Source: the human T2T-CHM13v2.0 reference genome, Homo sapiens
NCBI RefSeq assembly: GCF_009914755.1
Contig: NC_060925.1
Direction: 5' to 3' (one strand)
Length of the DNA: 64,000 bases
The notes beneath the pieces were generated by a model, which saw nothing but the letters and a program-made list of their open reading frames with translations, was not told the origin of the DNA and made no database searches. A program made the position numbers and the translations under genes. Positions 27,987 through 43,530 of the stretch are shown here, piece after piece (positions within the stretch are counted from its first letter, which is position 1; every line of letters starts with the position of its first letter).

Positions 27987-30149
27987 CCCAATATTTTCAT
28001 TTACAGAAAAAAAACTTTGCTCAGAGACGTATCATTATATTTAACTTTAAAACAAATATTCTGCCTTCTGGAAGAATTGCTTACATTATATAAAGAATTG
28101 TTCTTCACTGATGTTACTTAAAAGGCTTTACCAGGTGCCTTTACTTAGAAACTGGACTGATTAATGAACATCAGGCTTCTTGTTGGTGTACCCCTTGAAA
28201 ACATGGGCTAAGGAAGGAGGGGGTAACTCCTTCATCTTTCCCTGGCCTTGGTAGTACATGTCCCTTTGATAAAACTCTGTCTGTTCTGCCAAAGACAAAT
28301 CATATTTCTATGAAAAGTTTTTACTTAAAGGAGAAAAGGGAAAGTCGGGAATCAAATGTTGAGTGGGTGAAAGTTAAAATGTTTTTTTTATTTTAAAAAC
28401 AGGTATTAATGAGAAAAATAACAAAAATAACTATGGGAGCCCTTTTAAGCTTTTTTTCCCTGGAATAAAATGTACTGTATCAGGAAGGGGCCCACTCACC
28501 CAAGAGAGCAAATTAAGCCTAGTTTTACCTTCTTGACACTTCTTATGTTTAGAATTTTACCTTAGTAAGATATAGAAATATATTTCCAATAAAATAAATT
28601 TGGAAAAGTTAATTTATCATGATGTTTCCAGAATGAAACAAATATTTTAGTGTTTTTATGTATGGTAAAGAGGTTACTTGACCACTTATACTTCTTTGGT
28701 TACTAACACTTATTTTGGTTTTACTCTGTCAGACACTTTGCCAGGGGCAGGTATGTAAGGCAAAGATCCATTGACCCCACTCTTGAGGAGTCCACACTAA
28801 ACATGAAGGAAACAAATCATTGCAATGTGGTGTGATAATTTGATAATACAAAATCAATACAAAGGGAACACAAAATAATGATGTTTCTATATGAAATAAG
28901 ATGATGTCTTCAGTAAATTCTAAAAGATGAATCAAAATTTAATGAAAGAGAGTTCGCGGTTAACCTTGAAGTGAATTATGAGGGAGAGTATATACCTCAC
29001 TCTTTCATCTGAGTTGGAAAATAATGGCTTACTTCGTCAGGGAACATTTCATAAAGCAGTAGCTGATGGCAGTACTCCTTGGCCAAAGGAAAAAGTAAAA
29101 CTGGTTATACAGGAAAGGTAACAGAGGTCAGTAAACAAAAGAATCATTTCGAAACAGGGCACCAAATTCTGGGCATAGAGATGGAGATCGGGAAATTGAT
29201 TGAATGACAGCTGAAATCACTGAGTGAACAGAAAAAATTGGAAGATACTTGCTGAGAACAAATACTTGGAACAGGCATTTATTTACATGATTAGATTTTA
29301 TCTTTTCATAAAAATCTGATAATGTAAGAAATTGTTCAACTTCTTTTTCTATGTATACTTCATATTCCAAGAATAGTTTCTAATGAAGTTTAATAAAGAT
29401 ACTAGAGAGAGAATGAAAATACTTATTTTTATTATTTTTGGTTTACATTGAAATGGAAGCTAATGGGTAAGTCTTCTCAAGTCCTTTATAAGAAAAAGTC
29501 AAAGTAAACATCACTGATGGAAACAGCCTCAATTCTGTACTCAACATGACTTTATCTGCGTGTGACTGCAGTTTTTTTAATATAAACATTTTTAAAAATC
29601 CTGAAGCTATAGATTATGCGCACGTCAACTACCATAGTTTCTAAACCATGGCAAGTGTTAAAAGCTTTCTCTTTGCTGTTTATATGTTGCTGCAGTAGCT
29701 AATTTCAGAAAAGGAATTTGCAGTTAAATTTGATGGAGCACACTGCATCTGCTCAATTGCAGTCAGAGTCTAATGGTGCTGCCAAAAGGCTGCATTAGCA
29801 TTATAAGACAATGTTCTCCAGACTCAGATAGATGTAGGACAGACTTCATAATAGAGACTCTTGGGTCACTGAATCTAACAAGAATGTGCCTGTAAGGCTC
29901 TGTCACAGAAAAATAACTGGATTCAGTCATATATCTATATAATCTCCTCAGAGGTTTTACAGGGAACAACTTCATCTTGAGTTCTTATGAAAACAAAACA
30001 CAAAAAATTACTGATACTAGGATGTTGATTTCTTTTCTTTCTGAATCAAGCTGAAATTCTTGAAGATTGCAAGAAAGATGACAGCCATTCAGTGCTTGTT
30101 ATAAGGATATTTAATAAATTTGGGATTAAATTAGATTAAATTGACATAG

Positions 30150-30310
30150 TAGTGGTATTCTGGGATATGGATTTCTTTGGAAATCTGATGAAAACTGGAA
30201 ATCCTCTACCAGAAAGAGTACACAACCACATCTATATAATAAATTTAGCGTACATTTTCAGGGGGTTCAGCCATTCCCAGAAGGGTATTTTTGGATTTCA
30301 ATTTAAAAAC
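30150..30310. mobile_element. MER117-like hAT MITE
   Basis: ctttggaaatctgatgaaaactggaaatcctctaccagaaa...ttttcagggggttca. Confidence 0.6.
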
Positions 30311-30459
30311 AAAACAAAACAAAACAAAAAAACTTCTGTAACTGAGAAATGTTGGGAATATTTGGTCCATGGATTTCTAAGAACAGAAATAAAGAGGACA
30401 AATTATTTTACATGGAACAAGTCACGATGTTTCATTCTTTGAATGAATTTACCATGGCA

Positions 30460-30715
30460 GGCTTCTTCTAAGGGAGACCTCCCTTGACTATCTCCTCTAA
30501 GCATTATTTCTTATCCCACCTTACCCCTAGCAAAGGCAGTCACTCTTTATCATATATATTTTTTATTTTTTCACAGCAATTGATACAACCAGAACTTACT
30601 TTTTATTAATTTTTTGTTGCAGCAGCCTGTTCCCATTAGAATGTAAGCACATGAACACCTTATTTGTCTGTTGACGGCTATAACCCTAGCATCTAGAATG
30701 TCGTCTGGGAATACA
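30460..30715 (+). mobile_element. L2 3' fragment
   Basis: agggagacctcccttgacta...cccattagaatgtaagc...taaccctagcatctagaa. Confidence 0.65.
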
Positions 30716-32093
30716 TAATGCAGTAGCATGTGGTTGTAAAGTTGGCTAACTACCCACTGGTAATATATATGAATTCATGTTAAGTCAAGAATGATATGGA
30801 CAAACAGCCGGCTGGAAATATATTACTGTAGCATGATAAGCTTCCATAACACACTTAAATGGTCAGTGTTTCTTTTATTCAGCTAATTTCTTGCTCCATT
30901 TAAACATTTTTTGTCACAAAATATTAATTTTCTTAAAATGCCTATTTATATGCAATGTTTTCAAGTCTTAATTGTGGTAGGGAATATATATTATGGCACT
31001 AATAATATAAATGACTCTTAGTCATTTATAAAAATCAGCTGCAAGCTCTTCCGGGCATAATATAACATTGATAGGGATGAAACATGACACTGAACTGCAT
31101 AGATGTGTATGGTTTACTAGCAGACTTCTCAGGGCACCAAAATATTCCCAAGAACTTTTCCATGTTCACCATATCACTTCATATCTTTAACTACGAATAA
31201 TTATATTTATATTATTTTTTTAGATTGTCCTAGATATAAAATATAAAAGTTACTATATCCTCTTAGCAACGTATAACTTTATTCCTTTCTTTTATGTCAC
31301 TTTTAAGTCATGTTTAATAATAATTTATATCTGTAAAACCTATTTGACACTTGATAAACCGAACTTCAAAGGGAGTAAGTTTTATGCCAACCAGTTTGAC
31401 ATTTTGGAGACAAGGCAGGCTCCAAACAGGATTAAAATTCCACTATGCCTGGTAGATCAACCAGAAGAGAAAAACTGCATATCATAATTTTAAGATGTAA
31501 GTCAGATAAATCAGTTTGGTAAAATCAGTTGGGGGAAACATTTTTTTTTCTGATTGGCTAACTGCTAGAGCAAATAGTTTTCTATTCTTTATTCAGGAGA
31601 TTTTCAAGATTTGCATTCATCGTTTCTTAGAAAAATAATGAAAAAATTTTCATGAAGTTGTTTTTTCTTCCATAAGTTAGTGCTGTCATTATTTTATTTT
31701 CTAGTATAAGGCCAACAATGCAAAAGAACAGATTTTATTAAGTCCCAGACTTTCTCTGAATCCACTAGTGATGACAAATTGTTAGCTAATAGTTTTATGC
31801 TGAGTTTAGTTAACTTTTAGAATGAGAAATGATTCTACAATCTTGATTTCAGTATGGATACTGCTTGCTGAGTGAATATTTATGACTCTGGGCCTTTCTA
31901 TAAATAACTGTTTAAAGCTATAAACATTAAGTAATGAAGGCTTTGTTTCATCCTATAGAGTCCGCATATAATTCATGCTCCTTTCCTAGAACACTAGGTA
32001 GACTATTTCATAGTAGCTTGTCTCATGTTCTACTTATCATCTGATGATGGAGAAAGTGAAGTACACTTTGTTTCTAGATGTCCATTTTTTTTA

Positions 32094-32225
32094 AGCTTAT
32101 AAACAACAGAAATGTATTTCGCACAGTTCTGGAGGTTGGGAAGTCCCAGCTCAAGGTGCCAGTACATTCTGTGTCTGGCGAGGGCCCTTTTCCTGCTTCA
32201 TAGATGATTCCTTCTTGCTGCAGTG
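32094..32225 (-). mobile_element. MLT1A-type LTR fragment
   Basis: gcttataaacaacagaaatgtatttcgcacagttctggaggttgggaagtcc...caaggtgccag. Confidence 0.8.
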
Positions 32226-33304
32226 AATAGAGTAGCTCTTCTTCCTTCATGAGCATCCAACCTTTGATCATGTCATGGGAACTTTATCACACAGAGTACA
32301 ACAAAGAATATAATCATAACTACTCTAACAAGTCAACAAGATGACATTTTGGATTCTGTTTTCCAAAGTATTATATTTCTATAAAGCTTGACTTTTAAAT
32401 ACTCTGCAGTGGCTAAAGTGATCAGATAAGTTTTTAAATTTTTTTGTAAATTATTCTTTAAGGAGAATAACACTAAAGAACTATTACATGTAAAACTTAC
32501 CTTAATAGGGAAATAATTGGTTTTATTTTGAAATGAACATAAGCATAATTTTATATAGTTACATTTTTAAAATAATTTTGCTGGTTGAAAAATTCATACA
32601 CCTAAATTTGGTAATTATTTTAAGATATAAAAGCTTGTTGTTTCTTATTAAAAGAAGAAACGATAAGAAATTAACATTATTTTCTGAAGAGAAGATCTCA
32701 TCAGAGAGAATAATACTGACTACAAAGGTGAAATGACTCCATGAGTATGGAGACACGAATCAGAGATTCGGAGTTTGTAATGAATCTTAACTAATCATAG
32801 TTCTATTTATATAACACATCTGCTGTTCTTTTTTCTTTTATCTCTACATATTGGAAACATACTGAAATACTATCATTATCTGAACTCGTAGATGTAAGTT
32901 TAGGTGCAAATAATAAGCATTGTGATTCAAGCGCCACAAATAACACACAAACACAATCAGACCATGAACATATTATTATTTGAGTGATATGAAAGCTTGT
33001 TAATGTTCTGGCCAATTCAGAAAATATCAGTTACGTAGTTCAGTTAGGATTAAGACTTTCTGAGCTTGGATTTCTCCAATGCTTTGATTATGTGCGTGAT
33101 TTAAAAATACTCATTATTTCCCTCGTAAGATTTATTTTCTTTGTTGGAGATTAAAAAAACAGTGAATAGAGTAGTTCTTATTTATTTCAGGCAAAAAACT
33201 GATAATAATTTATTAAGAAAAAATGCTTTTAAACTGTAAATGTTTAATGATTATCACATTTTAAAATTCATGTTTCCCCACTTCTAGTGACAATAATAAT
33301 ATCT

Positions 33305-33341
33305 GTGCTTGCTCTAGCAGCACATACACTATAAATTGGAA
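33305..33341 (+). pseudogene. 3'-truncated U6 snRNA fragment
   Basis: GTGCTTGCTCTAGCAGCACATACACTATAAATTGGAA matches the U6 5' end GTGCTCGCTTCGGCAGCACATATACTAAAATTGGAA, starting at U6 nt 1. Confidence 0.8.
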
Positions 33342-33776
33342 ATCATGATAAAATCTTACATAGAAAACAATAAAGTGGTTTGCAAGTTTCATACCTCATG
33401 AATAAGCTGTGATCAGCCAAATTGTGAATGTATGTGGTACCGTATAACATCATTTTAAACAAGTAATGATGATCCAGATATCTATTAGAGGCTATCTACT
33501 TAAAATTTCATTCATTTTTAAAATTAAAGTGACTTTCTTTCCTCATACAAACTCAATATATGGAACACAGACTGGTTGTTTTTGTGGTGTGTGTACAATG
33601 ACAAGTGAATCTCTTAAATTTTCCAACTCCCAGTAGCAAACCAGAGCTTATGTAAACTCGTTAAAAAAAGAATAAAATATTGCAAAAGGACCCAGAGTAG
33701 TCATTCAATCATGTTAACTTTTTGTAGGCAAAAAAAGAAATCATTGTTAAACCTTGACAGTTTCAAGATTGGGTTA

Positions 33777-33782
33777 TTTAAT
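33777..33782 (-). terminator. Candidate distal poly(A) signal ATTAAA of OLFM3
   Basis: ATTAAA on the minus strand followed about 35-50 nt later by a U-rich element (ATGATTTCTTTTTTTGCC). Confidence 0.55.
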
Positions 33783-33961
33783 TCTACAATTTTGACAGTG
33801 AGATATTTGAGGATGATGCTTTACTTGTGACATTTGAAATGAATTACACTTAAATGTTAGGATTTCTTTACATGATGCTTTATCTAAATCATTACATCCT
33901 TATCTTTCAAAGAAAATCATGGTACTATGTATGTGTGAAACTAAACATTTAAAACAATTTG

Positions 33962-33976
33962 TTTTATTATTTATTA
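33962..33976 (-). terminator. Candidate proximal poly(A) signals (tandem AATAAA) of OLFM3
   Basis: Minus strand reads ATAATAAATAATAAAA, followed by GU/U-rich TTGTTTTAAATGTTTAGTTT. Confidence 0.5.
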
Positions 33977-35424
33977 TAGAATATACTTTTTAAATTGTAA
34001 AACCAACCTATATTAGTTTCCATAAAGCTGCCTTAGGGAACTATTTTTTTAATATGTGGAAAATACATCCAAACTCAATGAAATGTTTGATATATAGTTA
34101 GCTTATATGTTTCATAGAGTTATTAACATAAGTATTATTAAAGCTCTTCCCTTTTGGTTACATTATTTTTCCACATACAGTGAATCAAGGTAACAAGGGG
34201 TCGTTTTTCCATTTTGTTTTCTGAATTGGTTATTTACACTTTTGAAACCACAAAGACAACTCCCAAGTCTCCCCATATTTTATTTTGCACAAATCTTGCC
34301 AATAACTCCTCAGGGCTCATAATCTAAATCTAGAGGACATTACAGAATTTTTTTTTTCTAAGAGTTTTCAAATGTGCTTATTTTCAGGGTCCTGACATAA
34401 GGAATTTCATTATTGCAAGTTGTATGTAAAATATAAATTAAATGCTAGTACATTTAACTATGAAGAACAAAATTTCTTTAGTGTATAATAAATGAGTAGA
34501 GTCAACTCAAATCCAATATTTGGAATCCAGATGCACCTTGTGCAAGAAACTATATGGGTTGCATTCAGTGGAGTGAACAGAGTAACTCAGTTGTATGAAA
34601 TCAGTTGTTGCATTCAATGTCAGTGGCCCAAAAAACTTGGGGTAAAATAAAGACTCTATGTCAGGTGTCTGGTTTGGTTTTCATTTTAGTTTATAATGCT
34701 TATGTAAAGGGGTAAGCCAAGAAGATTATTCTTGACCACACTTGAAAATGGACTCAATTACTGAGGTTAAATTTCAGTGTATTTTATAAAAAATATTACT
34801 TTCACAGAAGTGAAGAGATACAATAGCACAATGGTGGTTACAATGGTAGAAATACATACTGCCAATAAAATGTTAGCAAGAGATTTAAAAATGACTGTAC
34901 AGCACCGCATCAGAGAATTGTGTTAACAGCAAAATGATTAATATTATTTTTCAATATAAATGAAATCCTTACATTTTTTAAAGAAATAAATGGGATAAAA
35001 GTGCTTTTTGTTCTCCTAATTCCTACCAAAATATTTCCTGATATGGAGCAAAAGACAGTAAAAAATGACAGTTTTAAAAAAAAAGACATTCGTGCATTTA
35101 AGCCACCATTAGTCTCTGACTCTAATATAAGGCAGATCATTAATCTCTTGCAAAACTATGACTTTAGCCACTTAAACTCTTTTTTTTTTTAGTGCTTTTC
35201 ATGACAAGGACATGATAGGCCTTGTAAATTTAGAAGTTAAGATGTGTTTCCAACATGGTAAGTTAGACAAGCTCAGCTATGTTTTTGAAACACCAACTTT
35301 ACAATAAAAATGCTTTGCTTTGGAGAAATGATGAAAAATAATAGTGAAGAAAAAAACGGAAGGGGTCTTATAGAGTTTATCACAAATCACACTGTTTAAA
35401 TCAATGAAAACATGTCACATTTGC

Positions 35425-36180
<756 letters not shown>

Positions 36181-36843
36181 TCAACACTTATTATAATTCT
36201 CAGGCTCTGGAAGCCACACTATCTTACTGCTGACCTGCCGCAATGTATTTCAGGCTTTTGTAAAAATATTGCTATGGTCTGTCCATGTGGAAAAGAAATA
36301 ACTGAATTTACTACCTTGACATTAATTTGCTTTTTTGCTTTTTCTCTCTTTGTTTTTTAAATTCCTGACCATTTGGTGCATATCACTGAGTGAACCAATC
36401 ATATGTCAATGCAAATTACACCTGATAAATAATGCCATCAGTGAAAACTACAGCAAATACAACCTTCAGCAAATTACATTTATTCTATCCCTTGCTCTGA
36501 AAAAAATGTATAGTCTAGTTTTTCGTATTCAATTGAAATAAGTACCATAGAATCTTCTAGAAACACTTGTTTATTGGGCTAGCCTGTAAGTACAACTACA
36601 TTTTAAAGAAACCATTTTACTAACTTAATAACTAACCTCATTTAGAAATAACCCTAGAGAATCTTAATTTTTACTGAGTTCTGTAATAGGACATAAATAG
36701 AGCTATGGCAAGTTTCTAGTATATTGATTTATATAGCACAGGCATTGTCAACTTATGAAAATACCTCCCAGAAGTTTCAGCGCTATTTCTTTTAAAATTA
36801 CTTCTAGACTCCAGGGATATTTAAGCTTATTTAGTAAATTGGT

Positions 36844-37006
36844 TTTGCCCTTGAGTTTTTCACTTATTTAGTCCTATTTTTTCATACTAAAGAACATATT
36901 TTAGAAAGAGTAGGCAGGGAAGTTTGCCCTTGAGTTTTTCACTTATTTAGTGCTATGTTTTCATACTAAACATATTTTAGAAAGAGTATACAGGAAATTA
37001 GCCCCT
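36844..37006. repeat. About 79-bp tandem duplication in the last OLFM3 intron
   Basis: TTTGCCCTTGAGTTTTTCACTTATTTAGT...CATATTTTAGAAAGAGTA starts at 36844 and again at 36923. Confidence 0.95.
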
Positions 37007-37163
37007 TTCAAGCATAAAACATGACTAAAATCAATAAAAATTAGATTTGCTAAAGTGATGAATTGGAAGATGGAACATTTTACTAAAATAGATTTGTCAT
37101 TCTTTCGTAGATATGTTAATATTATCAAACAGAAAATATTTGCAAATTATGTACCAGTTTTCA

Positions 37164-37394
<231 letters not shown>

Positions 37395-38292
37395 TTAGGT
37401 GAACGCAGCCAATGATTCCAATACGCATACTCACACTAAGAGCAAAGAAGGGGATCATAAAACTAAGCCAATCCATGGAATTAATATCACATTTCTGAAT
37501 AAATGATTATTCACAATGGGTGCTGGGCCTTTAACCAAACATTGAACCATGAGGAGTTGCTTTTTCAATGCTCCAAATTTTAAACATAAAAATTTAAAGT
37601 GGGAAATGATTTGTACAATCCGGAAAGAAATAAATGAGGAATATCATTATCATTATACCAGTTCAGTGGCTGCTACTTTTAAGTAAAAAGTTAGACAAAT
37701 GAAGCAAATTGCCCATAGACCTGTTTAGTTGATGGCCAGAAACTCCTTCCCTTCCCCTGTCCCCATGCTTTGTGACTATGGATAACTTATACCAGCCAGA
37801 AAAACACTACCAATTGATTTTCATTCTGTTTGGCAAAGAAGAAGCCCCCAAGAAAGATAACTTTACAGTCTATAAGAATAAAACATTCAATCACAGTCTA
37901 TAAGAAAGAGGTAGAGATTTTAAAGGTAAATGCCTTATACAGCTAACAGGTCTGACAGGGCAGATATGAACACACAAAGAACAAAACCCCCAAAACTCAA
38001 ACCTTCAGACCCTGAAGTCACATACAGATGAAAGATGAAGAGATGTAATACGTGACAAAAAGACTTTAATGAAAAAAGTTGTAATATTTTTATCAGCCCA
38101 GCCCACCTGTGAATAAGATCTTAGAAATAGCTTGGACTTCATAAATTCCAAAGCCAAAACCAAACAGAAAGCTAGACATTTTTGTGAGATTTTAAAAAAA
38201 GATTACTATAAAGTTTTAACTGTATTTTAAAATAATGTTTTTGTCCCTTTACCTGGATTATATTAGTTTGGGTCACTTATTATGCTTATCTT

Positions 38293-38402
38293 TCTTTTTT
38301 ATTTATTTTAAGTTCAACTTTTATTTTAGGGATACATGTGCAGGTTTCTTACATGGGTATATTGCACCCAGGTAGTAAGCATAGCACCCAATATATAGTT
38401 TT
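38293..38402 (-). mobile_element. Older L1PA (PA13-16-like) extreme 3' fragment
   Basis: caacttttattttag...tacatgtgcaggtttcttacatgggtatattgc...cccaggtagtaagcatagcacccaata. Confidence 0.8.
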
Positions 38403-39354
38403 ATGAGATTTTTGAACAGCAAAATTTAGAAGTGATTTATTAATCATACACATTGTGAAAGGCAATATGACTGCCTATAAAATGTTGGGTTTTGGTCTAA
38501 ACAAAAGTCTTCTTTCTTGTCCATTTATATCATGTTATTTTCTTCTATTTCTTTTCTTAAAACTCTTTTGGGTCCTACTTGTTCTACATATCTTCTTTCC
38601 TCCTCTGACTATTTAGAATTGATCAATTTCTATTAGTTCCTGTTGGTTCTTGTTTTTTTGGAAAGAAAAGAACACATACCCAAAGCAAATCAAAGACAAA
38701 CTAACTATAACTTGAAGCTTATTTTGGCTCAGTTTTCTCTATATGTGCTTCTTATAAGAATAATTTATAATTGGCAGAATACTAAGCTTTGCAGTTAGGA
38801 AGATGATGAATGGTAACATTATATTTTGCACTACTAGTTTAGTGATAACTACAAATTTAATAATCTCTAGCATTTCATAAAACTTGAATCGAATATATTT
38901 TTCCCTTTTTGTAAAAGAAATCAAATGTGATGGCATCATTATATCCATAGTGTGGGTTACTTTATGATTTCCTCAAATCAGTAAAACTGGACCAATAATT
39001 CAGAAGACTTTATGACATTATCTATGGAATTGCAAGACCTTGCATTAAGCCTATTTAGAATATATAAGCTCTACTTGGTACAAATACATAAACAATATAT
39101 GAGTAAAGTAGTATTGGTTTGAACTAGAAAATGTTAATCATATTCTGAATGGTTCTAGTTGAGTATATTTTCTGAATGCAGAATAAGTAGAAGTAGTATT
39201 ATTTTTAATAATGTCCTATATACATTTTTTAATCAACTGATGATATGAGCATAACAATTTCAAGTGTAAGTAGAGTGTAACAAATAGAAGGGCCTCTCTT
39301 TTCCCCTAAAAACGTCATAAAACATGTGATTTTTTTTCTAAGCATGGAAAAGTA

Positions 39355-41700
39355 ATTCTGACTTAAGATGATGGAGTGATACATGATTTTATCTGCTTTC
39401 ATTTTCTATGATCTCATTAAAATAATAGTAAAGGAGTAAAACATGAGGGGAAAAAAACAAAAGAAAAAAAGCAAAGCAAAGGTACAAGAGCCATTAGTGA
39501 AGAAGTTTTAACCAATTTCCAGAAGGCAGGGTTGATGAAAAGTGGTCATTAAAGATGAAGATGGAATAAGATGCATTTGTGTCTATGCAGAGCAAGTGAG
39601 ACCCGAGGAGGGAGATGATCTGCCTTGAAGAGAAAAAAGAAAGGAGTCAGAAACATAAGTAGAAAGAATGCTAGGAGTGAGATGGGACTCTGAAATCAGG
39701 CACACCACTTAAACCATGCCTTAAGAGCAATTGATTACATCTTCATCTGTAGATGCGGGACTGCAGAAGGCAAAGGAAAAAAAATATGAAACTGTGTTGG
39801 TGATCTGAGTATACCTAGGGTGATTAATACAGACATTGGAGGGCCAGAAGAAAGCCTCCTACACAATGACGTTGGTGGTTTCCCTGCCTACTCACCACAG
39901 AAAGAACTGCCAAGCCCTATCTTAATAACAGGAGTTTCCAAGCACATTTATTGTTCAAAACTTTAAAAATATATGTATAACCGAGGATGGCCAGATATTT
40001 TCAAAAAGTTTGTAAGAATGACTGATGTAAATGTTCAGAAAAACCAGGGCTCCCCACAGAAGAGATAACTCAGAGGATAGACAAGATCCTAGTACCTTCT
40101 AAGAGATTTGTATAATATATACTGAGTATTGTAAAAGGAAAACACAAAAGAACTATTAGAAAACAAAAATATAATTATATTAAAAAATAGATTGCAAGAT
40201 AAAAAGAGTTATCTCCAAAATAAAGCAAAAGAGATAAAAATGAAAATAAGAGAAAAAATATGGAGGCATCTAGGATCAATCTAGAAGCTCCAACATCCAG
40301 AGAGCAAGGTTTCTAGAATGAAAGGAGAGAGAAAAAGAGGGGAGAAAATTATCAAAGAAATTATACAGGAAATCTCCCCAGTAACAACACCTAAATATTC
40401 AGATTAAAAGAACACATGATAATGAATGAAAAAAAGATCTACTAAAAGTAGTTCTAAAAAACTACTGTGAAATGTTAGAAGATTAAGAGTAAATTGAAAT
40501 GGAAACTTTTTAGAGAAAGAATATGAGCTTGTCACATGCAAACAGGTAGAATTAGACCAGAATTGGGCTTCTCATCACCAATACTGGATGCTAGAAGACA
40601 ATGATGAGGGCCTTTATATTTAGGAAGAAAATCAGAGGAAAACAGAATAAAGATATTTTTTAACATGTGCACTTTCCAAAAATTTACCTACAATGAACTC
40701 TTTCTTCAGAAATTACTTGGGGATATATTGCAGTGAGTACACCAAGACAGGGGAAGACATCAGACAAGAAAATAGTGACTTCCTGTCCCAGAATGACAAC
40801 TATGCAGTGGGCTTTGAGAATAATCAGCCCAGAATGGAAACACAGTTCCAAGAGGGAGGTCTCAGAAATAAGTGGAATTGATACATAGATAGACTGTATG
40901 AGATCCTCTAGAGAAACTGGGTAATGCAGAGGCATTTATTGATGTATACAAAATAATTCACTTGAATTTAACTCTGGTAATAGCCTCCATTGAATGGAAC
41001 AAATATGACATTGGGCTTAAAGAGGAAGGAAATGTGTCTAAGTCCACCACTTAGCTCCCAAGGAACAATATAAACATTGCTATAATAATGTAAACACTCA
41101 TGTCTAACTTGTAGAATCAGCCCATAAACTAATTACATAAAACTTCTTACAGATCTCATCTGCTCTGTGATTACAGGAAAGCCAAAATGTTTCCAACCAT
41201 GACAACATGGAAGAATAGGTAAAGTCCACGTTGTTAGAGAATTAAACATTGGGAGAGGAAATGGAAAGAAAGATGGGGGTGTAACTGTCTTCGTATTTTA
41301 AAAATATGGAGGTAAGAGATTTTTCCTATTGTTGAAAAATAATGAAGATTCAAATCTAAGACCTGAAATTACAACATTGATAGGGTTGAACTGTGAATAG
41401 TCATGAAATCATATTAGGAGGAAACATGAAAGAAAGCAGAGTTGGAGAAGTTATCTAAATCCTCATCTTGCAGAGCAGGAAGTCAATAAACAATGTCTAA
41501 AACTGTAAACCAAAATAATTGAAGAAAAAAAGCATGTTAATATAAATATAGACATAATCACTAATAGCCCTAAAATTAAACTGTTAAATGTGGTTGAAAC
41601 TGCGGAGCAGAGCTAAAGAAGGAGACTACTGCTTTTTATTCTAAGCATACAATTTTCCAGCTACACGCATACAATATTTAGGTTATAATGTAAAAAGTTG
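39355..41700 (+). mobile_element. HAL1 / old L1M ORF1-type element, heavily decayed
   Basis: A-rich strand; ORF1-like blocks (aggatcaatctagaagctccaacatcc; gaaaattatcaaagaaattatacagg; cttctcatcaccaatactggatgctagaagacaatg); no ORF2 remnant before the HAL1-like end gactactgctttttatt. Confidence 0.55.
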
Positions 41701-42491
41701 AAATAGCTGCAAAAATTTAGTAGCCTTTAATTTTATAAAGCAAAAATCACATTTATATATTCCCTTTTGAAAAATCATTTCCAGGTTTTACATGCCATGC
41801 TTCCTTGGGACCAGGAAGTAGATGAAAATGGAAGATGTGAATAGTTTGCAGAAGTGGAAACTGTGAATATTCTGCATTTTAATTTGGCCTTTATCCTGTA
41901 AGGAATAGATTGAAACTCTGTTCTTTAAACTTTTAACTCTTACTATTGACATAGCAATCTCTTGCTCTTTAATTCTTTCAACCTTAAAAAATTAGAATTT
42001 ATATTATGAATTATAATATTTATCACTTAATATATATATCAAAGCTAATAAATTTACAGTGGTTAGTAAATGTGCAGGAGCTGTAATAAAAGATACTGTA
42101 CATATGATTCAAGTATGAATGATATGCATTTTCAAAGTAGTTAAATGATTACAATCTTGGAAAAATATACTCCTGTTGAAGATCCACTAGTTAAAGGAGA
42201 AAATGTTAGTCTAAAACTTAAAAATATTTTAAAAATGTGAATGATTTTTATTATTATTTGAAAAAATATACATACACAGGATCTCAGAAGTCAGTTGAGT
42301 CCAATTTTGTTCTGAATACAGATTAATACAATGTCTCGAATATGAAACAAACATAATGTAATGTGCATTCCCACAAAACTTTATACTCAGAGGAAATTAC
42401 CAAGCGGAAACACAATCTGTAAAAATTTATGGCAACTTCAAGTTCTTTCTATTGTCCAAGTGAATACAGATTTTGTAGTTATGGAGTTTGA

Positions 42492-43530
<1,039 letters not shown>

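Larger units (their letters stand above)
33755..35424 (-). other. OLFM3: OLFM3 3' UTR (distal end inferred)
   Basis: AU-rich sequence with no recognisable repeats, following the stop codon and running to candidate poly(A) signals near 33970 and 33780. Confidence 0.7.
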
